Source: Octopus sinensis
Lineage: Eukaryota
Assembly: GCF_006345805.1 (NCBI RefSeq)
Contig: NC_043005.1
Location: forward strand, 32,612,001-32,676,000
Direction: 5' to 3'
Length of the DNA stretch: 64,000 nt
Position numbers and translations under genes: made by a program. This document shows positions 24,797 through 38,689 of the stretch, piece after piece. The stretch's first letter is position 1, and the number at the start of each line of letters is the position of its first letter. The notes under the pieces were generated by a model that was given only the letters and a program-made list of their open reading frames with translations, did not search any database and was not told where the DNA came from.

Positions 24797-26915
24797 CTTT
24801 GTATGTGTATACACACGTTCACACATGCCAGCATGGAAAGTGGACATAAAACAATGATGATAAAGCACGTGTGCACGCAGAGAGAGCGAGAGAGAGAGAG
24901 AGAGAGGTGGGGGGTCTACCTCTTCCTTTATCATAGATAGACAGAAAATACCATTTGCTAACTTTTGCTGAATGTCCATGTAGTGTGTGTGTGTGTATGT
25001 GTGTGTGTCTGTGTGTGTGTGAAATGGTTATGAAGAAACACTTGTCAATGGATGTTTATCTGATTATATAAAGGATAGCTGTATGTTGTTTGTGTTTTTA
25101 CTAGATTTATATCTGTACACATGTATGTAAATTTAATTATCAATTTCTGTAGTGGTTTATTTTATCTTTTTTTCTTGAAGTTCGTTGATTTATATATTGA
25201 TAGAGAATTGAAAAAAAAACATTGTTTAGAATTATTCTCTTGCCTGAGTCCTTATGAAGTAGTGCCTCTTAAAGTACTGAACTGCTTGAATTAGCTGAGG
25301 AAACTGAAAACTTAGAATCAATTTGACAACTATATAACAGATTTATAATGGCTATATAACAAGTGTATGGTGACTATATAACCATTGTGTATGGACTATA
25401 TGAGAGGTGTATAATAGTTACTGTATTCAAGTATTGGGGTCAGTGTAATTGATTTGCCCTTCCCCTCAAAATTTCTGCCCTTGAGCCGAAATTTGAAACT
25501 ATTATTATCATTATTGACAGCAGGGTGGTGTGTTAGAATTGGTAGAGTACATACCAATCTGCTTTTAAGCAACTACTGGCCATCCATCCCAGTGTAAACT
25601 AGGTTTCACATCTTCTAGTAGATATACTGACCAGTCCTTATCTTAGATATAATGACCTGTTCTATCTTCCAGTTGATCAGTAAAATTATAAAAGGGATTT
25701 CCTGCATGATACACTGGTGCTGCAAGTGGGCCCCTTAAGGTGGGGTAATTAATTTTGTATTGGTAATGGGTACAAAGGGAGCAGGGCTGTGGAGCAACAG
25801 GTAGAAAATCTGTACAGCTTTTTAGCCTGTCTCCTATTTAACTAATTCTAAAAAAATCTAAATATATTATGACAAACTGCTTGTTAGCCACCATCATAGT
25901 GACAGTAACAATAATGACAGCATCAACTATAATATTCAACTTCTAAATGTGAATGAATGAACAAAACTAAACATATGCAGCCTCTGCGGGTAAATTATAA
26001 ACAATAAAGACTAATGTATAAATTTAAAAGACACTGTCAAACTTGAAGCTGTTTCCATACATGCAATAAAATCAGCCACTACACTTGTGGTATTAAATAG
26101 CATTTTCACTTGATTGTGTGTGTGTGTGGTGTGTGTGTGTGTGTGTGTGTGTGTGTATTCATATGTATATGAGGTGTAGTTAATTTTGCTGATTGGGAGC
26201 AAGGGAGCATTGAAAAAGTATTAATAAAAGGGGAAGAATCACTTGTTAAAAACAGTTGGAGAAGCTTTGCTCTGCCAGTAATTTTGGATCCAAATTTTTT
26301 ATTTGTTTATTTAGAACTTAATTTCAGTTGCTAACTTTACTTTACAGTTAACCCTCTGATCACCAACTTCCCTTTTAATAGGCTTTTGATATTTATTTTC
26401 GTTTTATTGATTTTATACAAAAGAAGGAATTGTGGTTATCCCCAAAGATCCTGTTAATCTTCTCAGATTACTAGGTTCTGTGTTTTACTAGGGCAGTTGA
26501 AAGTTGATGGCTGCAAAGAAAACATAGACATGGTGGGAATTCCAGAAGTAGCTTCATACTAATCAGTCAGATGGTCTTTTATTTTTATTATTCTCTATAT
26601 TTTTATTATTAGTTGTTACTAATGGGAAAAAAAGTCGTTTTTACTAATCAAAATTCCTGTTTACGTAATTAAATATTTGTCTCACTTATTAGTGCCCCAA
26701 AAATCTAATTAGTGTTGCTATTATATGAAAGCTCACCTGTTTATAATCAATTTCTCATTAGAGATCCTAATGTTTATATATCTTATCTTAATTCTTTCAG
26801 CCCCAACCCAGATATTGATTTTTGTGTCTTATATTCCATTGATTTTGTTATTGTTGTAAGAGGCCGTGGCTTTTCTCTCCAGTCAGAATGTCATGAACTT
26901 AAAGTTCCACCTGAA

Positions 26916-26985
26916 TGCGCGCGCGCGCGCACGCACACACACACACACACGCACACGCACACACACACACACCAACACATGCACA
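26916..26985. repeat. (CG)n(CA)n Z-DNA-prone microsatellite
   Basis: TGCGCGCGCGCGCGCACGCACACAC... Confidence 0.9.
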
Positions 26986-27324
26986 CACTTTTTCTAACTT
27001 AAGCAAAAACACACATTTTCTGGAGAGAAGGGCGTTTATTTAATGGACTACATCCACACCCCACCCCACCCCAACCTCGTGTTTTATAAGTTACACTAAA
27101 TCGAAGTCAACTAGGATTAAAACTCAAGATTGGTATGACATCAAACTAGTACTTAGTGTTATCTCTGTTACTTTAAACTAGAACTGCCTGTTGAACAAGG
27201 GAGGTAACTCTCACCATATCACTAAAAACTGGAAGTTTTACTTAATACGAGCGATATTCTAGCCATTTTACCTTTATTTTGCTTCTTTTTTATTGATATA
27301 TATATTTACTTTTCCACCACCCAA

Positions 27325-27378
<54 letters not shown>

Positions 27379-27528
27379 TAGTCCCCTCCCCTTTGTACCT
27401 TCAGTAGAAAGGATTATTATTATTATTATAATAAAAATATGCCTCTACAAAGTTTTTGTGGCTGAGAAGGAAATCGTCAGTCATGCAGTTATCCTATATT
27501 TCTAATTGTGCTATATATATATATTGTG

Positions 27529-27612
<84 letters not shown>

Positions 27613-28447
27613 GCATAAATACTCACAAATACACATGGGAACAGTCTTAAACAACTTTCAACATAAAATTAAGATTTAGAAAGTGTTCCCAGTGCTTTTG
27701 CTGTTGTACTATTTTGGCTTAGTCAGTTTATATTCCAGTTACGATCCCCACATCAAGCTGTTCTATTTGCTTCACTCATATCCTTTGGCAATGTATGAAT
27801 GCCACAACTTCTGGTTTTTCTTCCTAAGTAAATTATATCTGTTTCATCTCTTATGCTGTGATGAGTCATATTAATTTAACATTTCTAAATATTGTACTTA
27901 CCTCGTACTATATTTATACTACAGTCATATGGCAGTTATACTACACTACTGTTTAACTATTCTGTACTCTACTCTTGCTACACTATGTTGTCCTCTACCC
28001 CTGTTACACTCTATTCATGTTGTTGTATACTGTACTTTATTCCTGCTGTACTGTACTGTACCCTACTCATGATGTAAGTCTTTCTTGGAAGCTAATGTTT
28101 TTCTTTTATTATTATATTTGTTGTAAGTAAGGATGATGGATTGTGGGGCAGGGTGTGACTCAACAATGATAGAACTGTAGAGAAACAATACGAAATAGTA
28201 TGGAAGATAATATGAACAATGATAGAATTATTGAGAAACAATATGAAATAATGTGTGAGGTCAAGTGTGTCTGTTTAGGTTGATGGGAAATGGTTTGGGA
28301 ATTTGTAATTAATCTTGCAGTATTCTTGTTATTTTCTCTCCTTGAAGCGTTAGCTACTTCTTTTTTGTCAGTGATAAATTGATTGTCTCTCACTCTTCCC
28401 CTTCCCTTTTGTTTCATTTCTTTCTCTTCTTAATTCTTCAGGGCATA

Positions 28448-28481
<34 letters not shown>

Positions 28482-28634
28482 TATGTGTTGCAATGAGTCA
28501 TTGTTATGTTACCCTCAGCTAACACAATTTCTCCATCTCCCCTCCTTCCTTCTCATTCCTCTTACCTCACCCATCCACAATATATCGATGTTACATGTTT
28601 CCATTGTCTTAGAGGAAACAGCAGAAGAAGAAGA

Positions 28635-28665
<31 letters not shown>

Positions 28666-29835
28666 TTTCAAGTATTTTTCTACCTTCAACAAGTTTTAAA
28701 ATGTGATGTCTAGGATCATTACAATGCTTAATAAGCACAGCAATTAGTTGTAGTAGTAATAATAGTGGCAGTAGCAGCAGTATGCATTTTTATTATGAAA
28801 TCAACAATTGTAATGGTCACCACAAACACACACACACTCTCTTTTCTCCTTTAGTAAACTAGAGATCAATTTGGTGTGGAAAGTAAATATTTCATTATTA
28901 CATAAAGCACAGTATATTTATTTCAACCCCAGGTGGGAAGAATCGATCAACACTAAGGAAATTTCTATAATTTCTGCTAAGTCTGGGCCATTTGTTAGAC
29001 ACTTGTAATAATGCTACTTATACTACTATGTTACTATTAATACTTTTATATTTGTTACTACTCACAGAAATAATAATGCTACTAATATTACTATATTATT
29101 ACTGGTATTGCTATATTATTAGTACTCATAGTAATAATGTTATTTCTATGGTTCTCCGTGGCTAGAATTAATTTTGAAATTCTTAAGAAGTTGTAGTATT
29201 TATGTTTTTATTCTAATGTGTAAAATAAATGAAATAGATGTTCATGTCTGGTTACTTACTAGGTCTTTACAAAAATATGGTCCTCATTAGATAACTGTTT
29301 ACATATCTTGGACAGTGCTGCTGCTCTCAGTGCTGCCATGCATACACACACCTCTTAGATAAAGGCCATCCATTTGATTGCCAAAGATTCTCCAATAATC
29401 TAAATGACCATAGTTGATACATTATTTTGGTTTATCTCTTGAGTTCTTCTGTTGCTACCAGAGCAGTTTCAGTTCAACATATCACCACCAACACCTCCTC
29501 TTCCATCTCCTCCAGGAAAGCTCATTCAATGTACCAGTCTTTCTCTTTGCCTTCTTTTCCTCACTTTGCCCTTATCTCCTCCTTCCTAAAACCTATACAT
29601 GAAATAGTTTTCAATCATTCCTCCTGCCTGAAATTCCACCCTCTGGCTACTGGCACCAAGCTACAAAGCTTAACCTGAAGTTCACTCACATTGATCTCAT
29701 CAACTAGAGAAAATCTTAGAGAAGTTCATCTGTACTCTTCTTCCTCCTTATCCAGAAAAATTATAGTTAAAACTTACAAAAAAAAAAAAAAAAAGTGCAT
29801 TTTATTCAGTGAAAAACCTATTATTCTGTTATATA

Positions 29836-31046
29836 GGAGGGTAAGTCTTGTTTCTGTAATTTTTTAAAACAAAGCAGGGATTGAGCATTATCATTTTTTG
29901 ACATAGTTTCCCTGCTTTTTGATGAACTTCTTCCAGCGGTCTACGAGCTCCCCTTTTCTATCAAAGAAGAAGGTCACTGGCTGGTCATGCAGCCATTTAT
30001 GTACCGCTTCCTGCACTTTTTTTTTACTTGTAGCAAATTGATGACCTTGTAAAGGATGTCTGAATGGTTCAAAGAGGTGATAGTCTGAAGGCGCAGGAGC
30101 TGGGCTGTATGCAGAATGTTCCAGCAACTTGAGACCCACTTTTCGAGACCCAACTTTTCAATGGTTTCAATTGTGTGGGCAACTGTATGTAGGCATGCAC
30201 ACATTTTTGTGCAACAGTAACACTTGCTTTCACAATAGAGCTCAGCATTTGGTGAAAATTGCTAGTTTCCATTTGTTGACCAATAATATAATTTCACTAG
30301 TGACTGTAGACCCTTTTCCAGGTAAAACCAGTGTATGCCCTTTTGCATCCCAAATAAGGGTTAGCATCACTTTTTCTACAGAAGGTTGTATCTTGAATTT
30401 CTTTTATACCGGTAATTCTGGGTGATTCTACTCCACACTCTGACTTTTGGAGTCTGGCTCAGTGATGGACCCAAGTCTTATCACCAGCGACTATTCCCTC
30501 CAAAAAAAATTCCACGTTCGTTGTTGTAGTGGTCAAGTAAGTAATGCACTTCAGTAAGCTCTCTTTGCAGCCCCACTTTCACAGACTTTATGGAAGCTTT
30601 ATAAAGCTTGCCATGGATGATTTTTTTTTTCCAGAACCCTGACTGATTTGCAGAGAACATGCTGTCTTAATGACATTCTCTTGTCAATTTGCCAAAACCA
30701 TCTCTTGAGTTTGCTGACTCTTCACATCAGTGGTGGTGGTTGATAGGTGTCCTGCTCCCACTTTGTGCTTCACATTTATCTGACCATTTTTAAACTTCTT
30801 GATCCTCTCATACACACTTATATGTGATAGAATGCTGTCTCTGTATTGTACCGAAAGCCTGCAATAAATTTCAGTGCCTGGTATACTTTCAGACCAGAGA
30901 CATCAGACAGAGACACTGCCAGAGCAATCAAGGTCAAACCTCAGTCATGTAACCACAAGTGTACCACCTATTAGTACATGAGTGCTGAAGGCAGTGTGGC
31001 CAGCCTCGTGTTGGTGAAAGTGTGGATAATTTTTTACTTCCCCTTG
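29836..31046 (-). mobile_element. Decayed mariner (~1.2 kb)
   Basis: IVAGDKTWVHH; KKFKIQPSVEKVML; LLEHSAYSPAPAPSDYHLF; VDRWKKFIKKQGNYVKK. Partial TIRs (GA/AA)GGG(T/G)AAGT. Confidence 0.88.
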
Positions 31047-32026
31047 TTGTATTGCTGCTTGCTAATAATAATTTCTTTTTCTTGTACATACACACATCCT
31101 GTTCTGTTAGTAAACCAAGTTGATTTGTCTCTTATATGACTGGAGTAATTAGCACAGGCAATATAAAACCCTAAACAGAGTTTAATTTCTAACATTGTTA
31201 CTGTTGACTTTGTTACCTAACACTGACACAAACAATATTTAATCCTTGGAATGGTCACCTCACTTCTATTTAAACAAATATGAGACAGTTGATCTCTCTT
31301 TCAGAATGAAACAAAAATACATTTTCTTTGTGTTGAAATTCAGATTTTTTTTTTTGACAGTAAAATTGATAGAAGGATAATCTTAAACTTAAAAAAAAAG
31401 CTGTCAAACCTACTGGTATGATAGTGATTAATAAAGTAGATTTATGTCATATGGGATTAAGGAAATGACAGAAATGTTGAAGGATAAGAAATATTTATGT
31501 TAAATGTGTGTGTGTGTAAATTATAGTAACTTTTTCTTATCTCAAGGGTTTGAATCTCACTTGAAATTTCATATCATATTGGTAATGGAAAATGTTTATT
31601 TTTCTACCATGGCATTGGTTATACAACACCGAAGTCTTTGAATATGATTCAGCTCTGTTATTTCCTAGTTTTGGAGGTTACTTTTATAAGAGGTGTCTTC
31701 CTCTATCAACTCAAGTTTCTTATCCAGCATTTATTATTTATTCACAACATATCAGACCACCAGAGTTCTCCTTTCTGGCAACACAAACCATTATCTTCTT
31801 ACACTCAGTTTTTCTTCTACTTTAATCTTGTACATCCAACAGATTATGCTTTAGACATTCCACTCCCATCACTGTAGACCTGGGACATTCAATGCTGCCA
31901 TTTTTTTTTTAAATAGAAAGATGTAATAGTGTGTGAGTATGTAGGAGTTTGTGGCTTTTTTATGGTCATAATTCTGTATTAAAAACAAAACAATAAACTG
32001 TTTTGCATGTTTAACAATACAATTTT

Positions 32027-32062
<36 letters not shown>

Positions 32063-33629
32063 GTGCGTGCGGGCTTATGTGTATAGCTGAAGTTATTTTA
32101 TTTCCTATTACTTCAGATATTATCTTCTTTTATTCTGAAAATCCAGACTACATCTGTTGGTATATTTCTTAAAAATATATTTCTTTTATCCTCTTATATT
32201 ATTCTCTCTTTTTTCCCTTCTTTGTTTCTATTTTAAACTGTTTTTAACAACCATGCATGTATGATGCCAGCTGTTTCTGTTTTTGTGTTTTTATTGAAAT
32301 TCTTGAAGCTAGAATGGAAATAGAATTAAGTTGTAATCCTTGAGCCAATCCACTTCAGTTTTATTTGAGGATGACTGACTCATCATTCTTGGATTTTATT
32401 CATTTCAAAATAAAAGGAATTTTGTCCAGTTATTCTAGAAAATAATAAAAACTTGCTTAATAAATACTTGAGTTCTTTGTTACAGAACCAGGTGACCTAC
32501 CTATGAATTTTAATTTAATTTTATTTTGTTCAGTGAAACAAAAAAACTGATCCACTTCTTTTTATCTTATTAACAATATCTTAGTTTATTTTTTGTCTGT
32601 ATGACTTATTGTGGAATAATTGGAGTTTCTTGAAATGAATGTGCTTTTGTTGTTGTTGAGAGATGAATATTGAGATTTCCAAAGAAAAGACAAATCCTTG
32701 TGTAAAATGAGAAGATTGATTTCTTTGTATTACTTTTTGATTTTGTTCTTACTTAAAAGAAAATTACCAACCTAGGGGTATGGATTATTAGAACTGTAAA
32801 AATTTGGGACCAAATACCTTGTGGTGTTTATTTTGCTTCTTTGCATTTTGAGTTCGAATTCCATCTATTTAGGTACCTGGTTTAACACCAAGTAAGGTTT
32901 TCAACTTAAGGATATCTCCCTCCCATCAATCTTGGAGGCCCTGTAAAATCTTTAATCTTGTAGGTCCTGTCATGGGTATGGTCGTCTCTCCTGATTAAAA
33001 GATAAAAAGGCACTGTGTGTCATGGTGTGTTGCTATATTCGCAATCAGCTGAGTCTTACTTCACCTTTCCAACTGTCACCTGTAACCACTCCACTTAATC
33101 ATTAATGTTCATGGGGAAAATGATGAATGCCACTCTTGTTTGCTCTGCATTAAAATCACTATTTTCTTGAATCAAATGTATAGTTTTTATCATAATTGTT
33201 TCGAAAAGTCTCTGAGATGTATAAAGATGATGAATAAAAAATTGAAGTCTCATATAACAAGTGCTGAAATTGATAGTTATTGACAAGATGTTGAAAAAGT
33301 GTTGGATTAAATATGATTAATTAATTACTAAACCTTAAATCTCTTGAGAGATCAGTAAAATAAGTAGATCACATGAAAGCTAAAAGCAGCTTGAGTATAA
33401 TTTCGTGGATAAGATATTTTTGCAACAGAAAACTGACTGGATTCTTCCATTTGAGTTCTTTCACAACAGTTTCTAATACTAAAAAGTTAGGATAAGCTGT
33501 TCTTTTGTTTGTTTTATTTGAAAATTATATAAAATGATAAGGAAAACAAGTCAAAACAGTTAGCTATTGTATTGGATGGAAGGGTTTTAGTACAAAAGCA
33601 TTGCATGTTATTATTATGTTTTATCTCGT

Positions 33630-33992
33630 ATTTGTTTCAGTATTGGACTGTGGCTGTGCCTTGAAGGGTTTAGTTGATGAAATATTCCCAGTACTTATTT
33701 TTAAATTTGGTACTTATTCTTTTTGTCTCTTTTGCCAAACTGTTAGAGGGTTGTAAACAAACCAATGCTGGTTGTCAAGCAGTGTGTGTGTATATGTGTG
33801 TGTACATGCATACGTGCATACATGTGTGTAAAAGCCTTCCATACAGTCTCCATCTACCAAAATTGTTCACAATGTTTTGGTCAGCTAAGGGTTTTATAGT
33901 AGAAAATACTTGCTCCGGGTGCTATGCAGTGGGACTGAACTTGAAGCTATTTAATTTCAAAGTGAACTTTTTAACCACACAGCCCTGCCTGC
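33630..33992 (-). mobile_element. Diverged SINE family B
   Basis: GGTTTTATAGTAGAAAATACTTGCT..GTGGGACTGAAC..CCACACAGCC. Confidence 0.8.
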
Positions 33993-35440
33993 TAATATTA
34001 TTTTATTCATAAATATATTTTGCTGTTTGTAGATGTTTGCAGTTCAGATTTGTAATTTGATTGTAATTACTAATGTATAAGTTTTTTTGTTTTTTTTTGC
34101 CTTATATTTATTGCAGTCAGTCTTTCAATCTGGAGTGTCTTGAAGGACTGTCCATAGTTGGTCTTTGGTTATTTAACTCTCATCTGATTCTCTGAAATTC
34201 TCTACAAGTGTTTTGTCATGTTTTTGGGTAGTGCACAAATGTTCATCGCAGTTAGTAAATATCAAAAAAAAAAAGAAAGTGTCCTGATGCAGAGATTTAT
34301 GCTCCTTTTCCTTAATTCCATCAGAATTTACTTTTGTAAGTAATGATTGTTTGGATTTATTTGTGAATAAAAGCCAGAGGAGACTAGCATTGATGGTTTG
34401 TATCAACAAAAATGAATGATCAAATTTTAGAGAAGTTTGTATGTTGACAGAATTCTAACATTTTAGGCAGGGCCTTCTTGAGAGTCGAAAAATTAGTGCT
34501 CTTTCTCTGTGTTAAATATTACCAAACTTGGCCCTTTGCTGCCACATATTTTGGATCAGCCTCATGTATTTTAATTCAGAAATTGATATTTGATCTTGTT
34601 GAGCAATGAGTTCTTGAAAATCCTGTTTAGATCCACTTACACCACTTAATTTTATGACCAGTTTCTATTGTGGAAAAAGCATTGAAACAAAATGATTTTT
34701 TGAGAAGTGAATTTGGCAATTCCATTTGCAAAGCAACACTTATTGAACCTATGTTTTAGATGATGTAAAAGATGAGTGATCCTGCATGACTGAGGAGTGG
34801 TGTAAGATACAATGAAAGCCAACTTGCCATGTGGAACTCATAAACATTGTGTGATTAATTATAAATTTGTTTGCAGATCTTGTTATGTGGTCCACTGTTC
34901 AGTTAGTATCAATCTGTTTAAATGCATGTTCACTCCTGCACATGATAGCTAGATGTATATATGCATATGTACATACTTGCATTTAACACTCTGTATTTTG
35001 TGTGAATGGATGAGAATGTGTCTATAATGGAAGGAAGGTTTTTATGATACTTTTGGAGTATCTTCTTCTTCCATTATAATTATTCTGTTGATTCAAAGAG
35101 CTGGAAATATAAAGAATGAACTTCTCAGGCAGAGTAAATTCAACAACCGTTTATTCACAGCTGCTTCGTACAAAGGGTTTTCTTTCAGTAACCATCTTCA
35201 CAGCAGTGCGTAGTTAGCCTTCTCTCTCATATACATGAGGTTCAATAACCTCTGGAGACAATGCATTTGGTATTACAGCGGGACAAAAGTCCACTGTGAG
35301 CTCCTGGCTTCGAAGTCTTGCTTGGCGTCAGCGTTTTAGTTGTTTATGGTTTCAGGAGAATAGGGGTGACAGTGACTTTGAAGTTTTCGCTTCATAGCCT
35401 TTGTCACATGTTCTTTCTCTCTCTCACCCCATACATACAC

Positions 35441-35471
<31 letters not shown>

Positions 35472-35694
35472 GTGTGTGTGTGTAACAAAAACCAAGGCAT
35501 GATGAGTATCTCAAGTCATTTAGAGTACTCACAGAAGTATGGACCAACCTCCATACCCTCTGGAAGATGAGCTGTGAACTTAATTCTCCTGTCAATATTC
35601 TGCTATCTACTGCTTTACTCTTTATTCCTCTATCTACTGTTTTATTCCTTTATAAACTGAATTCTCTGTCTAGAACTTTCATACATACCTGTCT

Positions 35695-35772
35695 TGTCTT
35701 TGATGACGGAATACCCAGTATATAGAGATGTTAACCTATCATTTGAGATATCTCAGAAACAGCTATAAGATA
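35695..35772 (+). ncRNA. Degenerate minimal hammerhead-like motif (Penelope-type)
   Basis: TGTCT-TTGATGA-C-GGAATA...TATCTC-A-GAAA-C-AGCT-ATA-AGATA: stem I TGTCT/AGATA and palindromic AGCT loop in stem III. Confidence 0.4.
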
Positions 35773-37539
35773 TCCAATAATTAATTGATTAACTATTTCA
35801 AATTCACCTCACTCTAATTAAATACTCTAAATGGCTTGAGATACTGACCCTGCCTGGGTTTTTGTTGTCCTTTTTCCTCAAATATATACCTGCTAACTAG
35901 GAAGCCTACGATAGATCTCTAGCTCCAGCCTCAGCTGTGAACTTGGAACTTAACGGATGACCAAGCACTTACACAGTGTACCTATTTGTTTAGATCACCA
36001 GTAATCTAAACCCCTCATATTGTAATGTCTTTGCAGATTTATAAAGCATTTTACTCTATCTCCTGTATTCAAGTACTATTTTTTCCACCTTGTTTCACAT
36101 TTATGTGATTACTCTGGTATATATATATATATATATTGATAGATACATACATTCATTTATAGCTCCTCTACTACCTTAAAAATATGTACTTCTACATCTA
36201 CTTTGATTGAGAAATTGAGATGATAGCAGGAAGAAAATCTTCCGGCTCTATAAACAAATATTTCGCCTAACAATGTGTGTGTGTGTGTGTGTGTCTGTGT
36301 GTCCGTCCATCTGTATAAAAGAAACCTTTCTGCACAATATAAAATCTGAAGTATTTAAAAGGACACCCCATCCCCCCATGTACCCAAAATTAATCTTATA
36401 CTAAGTTAAGATATTGTAAAAAGAAACTAATGTCTTTCTGTCTTTCTCACTGTCTCACCTTGACTTATGTTGCTGTCTGTCTATCATCTCTGTCTGTCTC
36501 TGTTGATGCATGTCTGTCTGTCTATCTTCTCTTTCTCTCTCCTATATAATATAATAATAACTGCTTGTTTTGTTCACTGCTCTGGAATTCTGTAGGTGTA
36601 AGATCTCTACTAGTAATGATGATGATGTTGTAAGCTTTCACTCTGCATGTTTATAACATCAAGCTGAGACCTGCTACTTTACACCTTCGATTAGCTTTAT
36701 TAGTTTCATGTTGTTATAACTTAACAGGGCAGCAGGAAGAGGGGAGGGGGGCAATTTTTTTTGTTTCTTTTCTGTCGTGTTATTTCTTTTTTGTTTTAGT
36801 TTCAATCAAACCTGACAGTTTCTTCCCCCACACCAAGATAGAGAGAGATATAAAATGACAAAACAAAATGCCACACACTCAGGTGTGTACACACACACAC
36901 ACACACACACCCACACACCCACACCCATACAGTATGTGATATATCAGATAACTTTTGGTCACATGTTTTTGAAGTCTTTTCCTTGCAATCCCTTGCTATT
37001 GTCTTGTTACATTTTTGATGTTCATAAGTGTTAGAGTATGTATGCACATGTACATGTGTATGTATGTAAATACTTGAGTGTGTGTGTGTACATTAGTTAG
37101 ACAAAATAATGGAAATACCACTTTATATTTGACATCTTTCTGTGCGAAATGGAACTGACAAACTCAAAACTATTCTGGTCTGTAATATAGGTGTACATAT
37201 GCCTCATGTATGACTTGTATTTTATGATATAACCCTCTGTAATTTTGTTTTTGCAGATTAAGTTAAATCTGCATAGCCTGTCTGATTTCCAATGAGTACA
37301 AATTGTTGGGGTGCAGATGGCTAGAGCTTCAGTCACTAAAGCTTAGAGGGATTGCAGAATAGTGAAATGTATTGTGTCTAAAAACCCATTAAACTATGGC
37401 AGTAAAAGTGACAGCAGAGCTCAACCATCACCTTGCCAACCCAGTTTCAATCAAAAACTCTTCATTGTGAGCTCCATAAAGCTGGATACTATGGGAGGGC
37501 TGCAATTGCTTAACCTCACTTTTCCCCCTTCATCGTTGA

Positions 37540-38390
37540 TGATCAGAGAAAAATGATGTTTAGATTATCAGAACTGGTTAATGTCCCAATGAAATAGTGT
37601 CATCTCTGATGAGTCATCATGCACTCTTTACTCCTATTTCAGAGTTTGTTTTGACACAACCCAAAGAGGCCTTCAATCCTGATTGTTTGGCGCCTGTCAT
37701 AAAACATGGATGTGGCTCTGTGGTGATTTGGGTCACCATATCATGGAGTTCTAATCCTTTTACTTGTTCTACATGGCAAAGGTAATGTCATGGATTATCT
37801 GAGTACTTTGGCTGATTATGTCCTTCCTGAGGTACAAAAAAATTCTTCCCAGATGGTAATGAAATTTTCTAGAATGATAATCTACTGATTCACAAGGATT
37901 ATGTTATTCAAAATTGTTAAGAAGACAAAAATGAAGTAAACCATCTTGCTTGGTCATCTTCATTCACTGGATTTTGATGTAATTTTTTCTACTCTAGGCA
38001 CAAGGCCTGAAATTTTGGCGGACCCTAGTTTTTGACTAGTCCTTATTTTATTGATCATGAACAGATGAAAGACAAAGTTGACCTCCAAAGAATTCAAATT
38101 TAGAATGTAAAGCTGGAAGAAATGTGGCTAAGCATTTTATCCAGCATCCTAATGATTCTGCTAGCTTGCTGCCTTAAGGGACTCTATACAATCAAACAAT
38201 TTTGGTATATTTAGGAGTGGCAAGTGAGGAGCTCCTTCCCTCCACCATTGTTGCCAAAAGAATTAAAGCAACATTTACTTGGAAGAATAGTTCAGAATTC
38301 CCCAGACAGCTGTTTAGAACCTGTACAAGTCAATTCCTTGATGTATTAAAGCTGTGATAAATGCCAAAGGTAGACCAATTCTGTATTCAA
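37540..38390 (+). mobile_element. Decayed Tc1 transposase region interrupted by a SINE
   Basis: ISDESS; QPKEAFNPDCLAPVIKHGCGSVVIW; NDN; IKQFWYI..VRSSFPPP..KEL; IKAVINAKGRPILY. Confidence 0.88.
37991..38174 (-). mobile_element. SINE family A inserted in the Tc1 remnant
   Basis: Reverse-complement family A; Tc1 homology resumes after it. Confidence 0.85.
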
Positions 38391-38532
38391 TAACAACACT
38401 TTCATTTAACAGAGTGTTTCCATTATTTTGTCTAACTCGTGTGTTTGTTTGCTTGCTTGTTTGTGTGTGTGTGTGTGTGTGTGCGCATGCGTGTGCATAC
38501 ATATATATATTATATGTATGCACATATATATA

Positions 38533-38578
<46 letters not shown>

Positions 38579-38689
38579 GTAAAGTCTTAGCAAGTGGGGA
38601 GGCTGACAAACCACAAACACCCTCAGGCTGATGACCCTACTTGATCAATCTGTAGAAAAGGGATGGGTAGAAATTCCATACAATGTACC

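Noticed and set aside
26488-26562. Possible small exon QLKVDGCKENIDMVGIPEVASY*
   Set aside because: Short, unrecognised and without corroborating exons.
33100-34800. Possible hAT transposase debris
   Set aside because: Only vague motif resemblance, in inconsistent orientations; no TIRs found.
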